64,000 nt of DNA. It comes from Hyphomicrobium sp. (GTDB taxonomy: Bacteria; Pseudomonadota; Alphaproteobacteria; Rhizobiales; Hyphomicrobiaceae). Shown here one piece after another: positions 60,428 through 64,000 of this stretch; the stretch's first letter is position 1, and the number at the start of each line of letters is the position of its first letter. The stretch is taken from positions 195,925-259,924 of the forward strand of contig CBDCUQ010000001.1 in the NCBI GenBank assembly GCA_965222835.1. The letters run 5' to 3'. The notes below the pieces were generated by a model. The model saw nothing but the letters and a program-made list of their open reading frames with translations. It ran no database searches and had not been told where the DNA came from. Position numbers and translations under genes: made by a program.

Positions 60428-62943
60428 TAGATGCGGAACCTCGACATCTCAGAATGTCGCCAAAGAACCCAGAGGGCACTGAGGGCGAGAAGCACGATCA
60501 TCAGCCACTCATGCGGCTCCGGAACCGTTGGCACGGTACCTTTGGCCACGGGCTTGAGATTGTGCGTCTCATACTGGGCTTTGGTCTCGAGCACCACGGC
60601 CCCGCTCACCGGTGTCACCAGCTGATGGCCGGTAGCAAGTGCTATGGCCTCTGCTCGGTGTACATCTCCTGATTGAAGAATCATGTCCTGCACACGCTCG
60701 GCAGCCCAGAGACGCGCAATGTGAGGCGAGCCTTTGTCGGCGGCTCCATCTCCGGAAGTCTCGTTCCGTTCGATGATGGGCATCATGCGGCCCGCGCGTT
60801 GTGACTCGAAGAATTGCGCGAGATCGCCACGAACCGAGCCACGCGAAGGAATAGGGCGCGCCGCCCAAGCCCACGGCACATCCGGCAGAAGCGCAAGCGG
60901 TCCATGTTCGGGTGCATAAAGCGCGATCTTTGGAAATCGGGAAAGCCGGCTCGACACCTGCTCAAGAAGCGCGGCCGTGCGCCGGAACGTAATCGGCTGC
61001 GGCCCGTGCACCCAAAGGAGCGTCGCGTCGATGTCGCCTTCCAACACCGTAAGCGCCTCGGCAAGCGCCGCCGAATTGTCTTGACCGCCCACAAAATCCC
61101 AATCGTCAAGCGCCTCACGAACTGTCTTGACCTGACCAGCCTCCCAAGGTGCTGCAGGCACATGCACGAGCGGTACACCAGCAATAATGAGACCCACACG
61201 CTGCCCTGTCGGAATGGCATCCAACGCGCGAGAGAGATCTGCACGATGCTTCCCGAGGCCTACCGATCCATCGACGACGATCATCAGCGTTCCGGGATCG
61301 GGCACCGGCTTCACTGCAATTATTTGCAGGATTTTTTGCTCTCCGGTCTGAGCAATCAACCTATTTGCCCCCGCCGCCCGCGTCGCGACGATCTGGGGCC
61401 GCTTCTCGGAAAGGTCGCCATTCTTCACCATGCCGCCGATACGATAGCCACCAGCAGCCGTTTGCGACGAAACAAGAGGCGTATGATTTGCGCTAAGCGC
61501 TTGCTTGCTCTCGATCCAGATGGCGTGTGCCTCATCATCCGGAATGTCGAAGTTGTGCTCAAGAAGTGCCGGAAGCGTCAGCCGGCCTAGAGTCAAGGTG
61601 TCCAACGCAAGCGGTGCGGTCATACCGATCTTGAACTTCAGCGTGCCGCCGTTGCGCGGAACGGGAAAGGCCTGCGCTAGAACGCGGCCGGCACCCTTGG
61701 TGGTGACCAGAAGAGGATCGCGGCGCTGGCGGACCGCCACATCGGTGTAGGCTTTGCGCACCGCACCCCGGCCGCCGAACGCCGCCTCTTGTTCCACGCC
61801 ATCGATCCAAAGCGTCGCCCGCGAAACAACGGCACCGGTAGGCAGAGCAAACACAAACCGCGCTTCCCGGTCGAGCGGATCCTTGTTGCGCACGGCGATG
61901 GTCCACTCGAGATAAGCGAGCGCCGCATCTGCCGAAACCGAAGCGTCCATGCGCGATGACACGAGGCCAAGACCCGCGATCTGTCCGCCAACCTGCGTAC
62001 CGCCGTGATCGCCATCCCAAGAAAAGTCACCAGCCCGTGTCACACGCACACGGGCTTGCGGACGCGGCAATGCGTTGAAGGGCACGCCATAAGCGCGGAA
62101 GAAGACCTCGCGAACGTCAGCCGTCGATCGCGCAAAGCGGCGTTCGGGCGCGTCGAGAAGCGCCGCCCCGCCAAACGTTACAAGCAGGCTCAGAAGCCCG
62201 CCCGGCTTACCATTGACGTTGTAACAGAGACGAAGAAGCGTTGGCTGATCGCCCAACGTCCGCAAGAGTGTCAGACCGCGCTCGCGCTGCGCAATATCCG
62301 AGCTGACAGCCCACTGCACGCCGAGCCGCGTCGCGGCCTGAGGAACGTCAAGCGCAATGAGCGCTGCAAACCCAGCCACGGCCCCAATCAAAACACGCCG
62401 GTTGAAGCGAGGAACGGCCGATTGAACCGCAAGCCTAGTCTTTAAAGCCCACGCGACAAGAAAAGAGGCAAGCGGCCCCATCGGCAGCAGTCCGAGTCCA
62501 TAAAAGAGCACGGCAATGAGGGCCACAGGAAGCAGGGGCAAAAAGAGAAGGGCATAAAACGCGGAAATAGCGAGCGTTGCCCCACTGATATAGGAATACC
62601 AGAAGGGAATGGTGGAGGACTTTGCGCGGAGCTTGAGAGAGAAGAGGAGGTTGGCAGCCGGCACACTTGCGACGAGAAGCGTGTGCCATGGTGTTGGCAT
62701 CGGATCAAAGAACGCCTCCGCACACATGCGGGTCGCAAGCTCCGTCGCAATGACCGCAAACGGTAAGACGATCCCGAATAGAACGGTCAGAATGCCAGGC
62801 GGCGGCCGCTCTGGCCGGTCCGGCTCCCCACGCAAAGGCGCCGCACCTCCAGCAGGTTTCAAAACCCATTCAATGAGTGTGCTGCGATCGTCTGACTCGC
62901 GCGTACGCTGGCTCATTGCCCCTCCCGTGTCGTACTGGACCAC
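60427..62943 (-). CDS. Polytopic membrane protein with VIT and vWA-like domains and a C-terminal PEP-CTERM-like sorting signal
   Basis: About 6-8 N-terminal TM helices. VIT-like 'AVVSRATLWIDGVEQEAAFGGRGAVRKAYTD...VLAQAFPVPRNGGTLKFKIG'. vWA-like 'LMIVVDGSVGLG'. The tail is 'VPEPHEWLMIVLLALSALWVLWRHSEMSRFRI'. Confidence 0.8.
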   Translation of the reverse strand: MVQYDTGGAMSQRTRESDDRSTLIEWVLKPAGGAAPLRGEPDRPERPPPGILTVLFGIVLPFAVIATELATRMCAEAFFDPMPTPWHTLLVASVPAANLLFSLKLRAKSSTIPFWYSYISGATLAISAFYALLFLPLLPVALIAVLFYGLGLLPMGPLASFLVAWALKTRLAVQSAVPRFNRRVLIGAVAGFAALIALDVPQAATRLGVQWAVSSDIAQRERGLTLLRTLGDQPTLLRLCYNVNGKPGGLLSLLVTFGGAALLDAPERRFARSTADVREVFFRAYGVPFNALPRPQARVRVTRAGDFSWDGDHGGTQVGGQIAGLGLVSSRMDASVSADAALAYLEWTIAVRNKDPLDREARFVFALPTGAVVSRATLWIDGVEQEAAFGGRGAVRKAYTDVAVRQRRDPLLVTTKGAGRVLAQAFPVPRNGGTLKFKIGMTAPLALDTLTLGRLTLPALLEHNFDIPDDEAHAIWIESKQALSANHTPLVSSQTAAGGYRIGGMVKNGDLSEKRPQIVATRAAGANRLIAQTGEQKILQIIAVKPVPDPGTLMIVVDGSVGLGKHRADLSRALDAIPTGQRVGLIIAGVPLVHVPAAPWEAGQVKTVREALDDWDFVGGQDNSAALAEALTVLEGDIDATLLWVHGPQPITFRRTAALLEQVSSRLSRFPKIALYAPEHGPLALLPDVPWAWAARPIPSRGSVRGDLAQFFESQRAGRMMPIIERNETSGDGAADKGSPHIARLWAAERVQDMILQSGDVHRAEAIALATGHQLVTPVSGAVVLETKAQYETHNLKPVAKGTVPTVPEPHEWLMIVLLALSALWVLWRHSEMSRFRI

Positions 62944-63104
62944 CGGCCAAGTTCGATACCACCTGGTCTGACGAGCCGAATGTCGCGTATTGCGAGGCGC
63001 GCGAGGAGAGACCAGAGGTGGCCTTTTCCAGCAATGGTCAGCAGAGAGCTGGGGCGCCTCGGCGCGGGCGTGCGGGAAGGTACGGGTTTGTACGGCTGAA
63101 ACGC

Positions 63105-63587
63105 CTAAACGCGATGATAGGGGTGCCCGGCGATGATCGTCGCCGCACGGTAGATTTGCTCGACAAGCACAACGCGCGCAAGACCGTGTGGAAGTGTCAT
63201 CACGCCCAGTGAAAGCTTGAGGTCCGCCGACTGAATTGCTTCGTCCCCGTGCCCGTCCGGCCCACCGATAAGTAGCCCCGCAAGCTTTGCTCCCCCATCA
63301 CGGCGCTCACGTAGAAAATTCGCGAACGCGTCGCTTGAGAGCGCTTTTCCCCGTTCGTCGAGAACAATACGGAGGTCTGCCCCCTGGCACGACTTCAAGA
63401 GACGTTGCGCTTCATCGGCCTTGCGCAGTTCCGCGGTCGCCGCGCGTCCCTCAGAAAGTTCCGAGATCAAAAGTGGACCGAGCCCCAAACTCCGCCCGTT
63501 AGAATCAAAACGGGCTTTGTACTTTTCAACGAGATCGCGCTCTGCCTCATCCTTCAGTTTACCAACCGCGGCAAGGATGAGACGCAT
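63105..63587 (-). CDS. rlmH: 23S rRNA (pseudouridine1915-N3)-methyltransferase
   Basis: 'LLIGGPDGH' and 'LSLGVMTLPHGLARVVLVEQIYRA..I..GHPYHR'. Confidence 0.9.
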   Translation of the reverse strand: MRLILAAVGKLKDEAERDLVEKYKARFDSNGRSLGLGPLLISELSEGRAATAELRKADEAQRLLKSCQGADLRIVLDERGKALSSDAFANFLRERRDGGAKLAGLLIGGPDGHGDEAIQSADLKLSLGVMTLPHGLARVVLVEQIYRAATIIAGHPYHRV

Positions 63588-63610
63588 GGTCCAACCAATA
63601 AATGAGCCAA

Positions 63611-63967
63611 CTAATGCGCGGCTTCAGCGGGGCGTTCTGCAGACCACATTTTTTCGAGATTGTAGAACGCGCGCACCTCGGGCCTGAAAATATGGATGAT
63701 GACGTCAACGGCATCAACCAACACCCAGTCACAGGTCTCCATGCCTTCGACCCGTACGGTTGTAAGCCCGGCCTCTTTCAAATTCTTCTTGATCCTGTCC
63801 GCAATGGCGCCGACGTGCCGGTCGGTGCGCCCGCTTGCAACGATCATAAAGTCACCGATCGAAGACTTGCCCTTGATGTCGATGCTCACGATCTCTTCCG
63901 CTTTGGCTTCGTCGAGCCAATGCAGAATTTCAGAAAGGAGAGGCTTTGAGTTGCCGTCTTTGGACAA
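63611..63967 (-). CDS. rsfS: Ribosomal silencing factor
   Basis: 'DFMIVASGRTDRHVGAIADRI' and 'WVLVD..DVIIHIFRPEVRAFYNLEKMW'. Confidence 0.9.
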   Translation of the reverse strand: MSKDGNSKPLLSEILHWLDEAKAEEIVSIDIKGKSSIGDFMIVASGRTDRHVGAIADRIKKNLKEAGLTTVRVEGMETCDWVLVDAVDVIIHIFRPEVRAFYNLEKMWSAERPAEAAH

Positions 63968-64000
63968 CAGCTCGGCAGAAGGCGCACCCTTCCGGGCGCC

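Overview
A roughly 60% GC chromosomal window that looks alphaproteobacterial, probably Hyphomicrobiales-like. That placement is an inference from gcrA, the prfA/ptsP/lysC block, ubiG and ubiE, rplU-rpmA-obg-proBA and rsfS-rlmH. Most of it is housekeeping: cysNC, argE, an RND efflux pair, prfA, ptsP, lysC, ubiG, zur-znuCB, ispG, L21/L27, obg, proBA and ubiE. I saw no rRNA, tRNA or CRISPR array by eye. Accessory content, in order of interest: (1) a tightly coupled three-gene cassette at 59.0-62.9 kb encoding a polytopic VIT+vWA protein that ends in a VPEP/TM/basic (PEP-CTERM-like) sorting signal, then an exosortase-family protein, then an EpsI-like protein, with no polysaccharide genes nearby; (2) a low-GC DarT/DarG (DUF4433 ADP-ribosyltransferase plus macrodomain) toxin-antitoxin/defence module between ispG and rplU; (3) a four-gene, translationally coupled lipid-remodelling operon (LpxH-like PlcP-type phosphoesterase, GT4 glycosyltransferase, BtaA-like, BtaB-like) with a candidate Pho box; (4) a roughly 40% GC islet with a Cys-rich secreted protein and an IS110-family transposase, bracketed by inverted REP doublets; (5) a low-GC two-gene islet (small protein plus permuted papain-like peptidase); (6) a PiT transporter coupled to an ArsM-like methyltransferase; (7) a Lon-like AAA+ protease coupled to an unknown protein; (8) a duplicated small Cys-rich secreted protein gene and several families of extragenic palindromic repeats. 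Start codons were often re-picked inside the supplied ORFs. All family assignments come from motif recognition by eye, not from searches.
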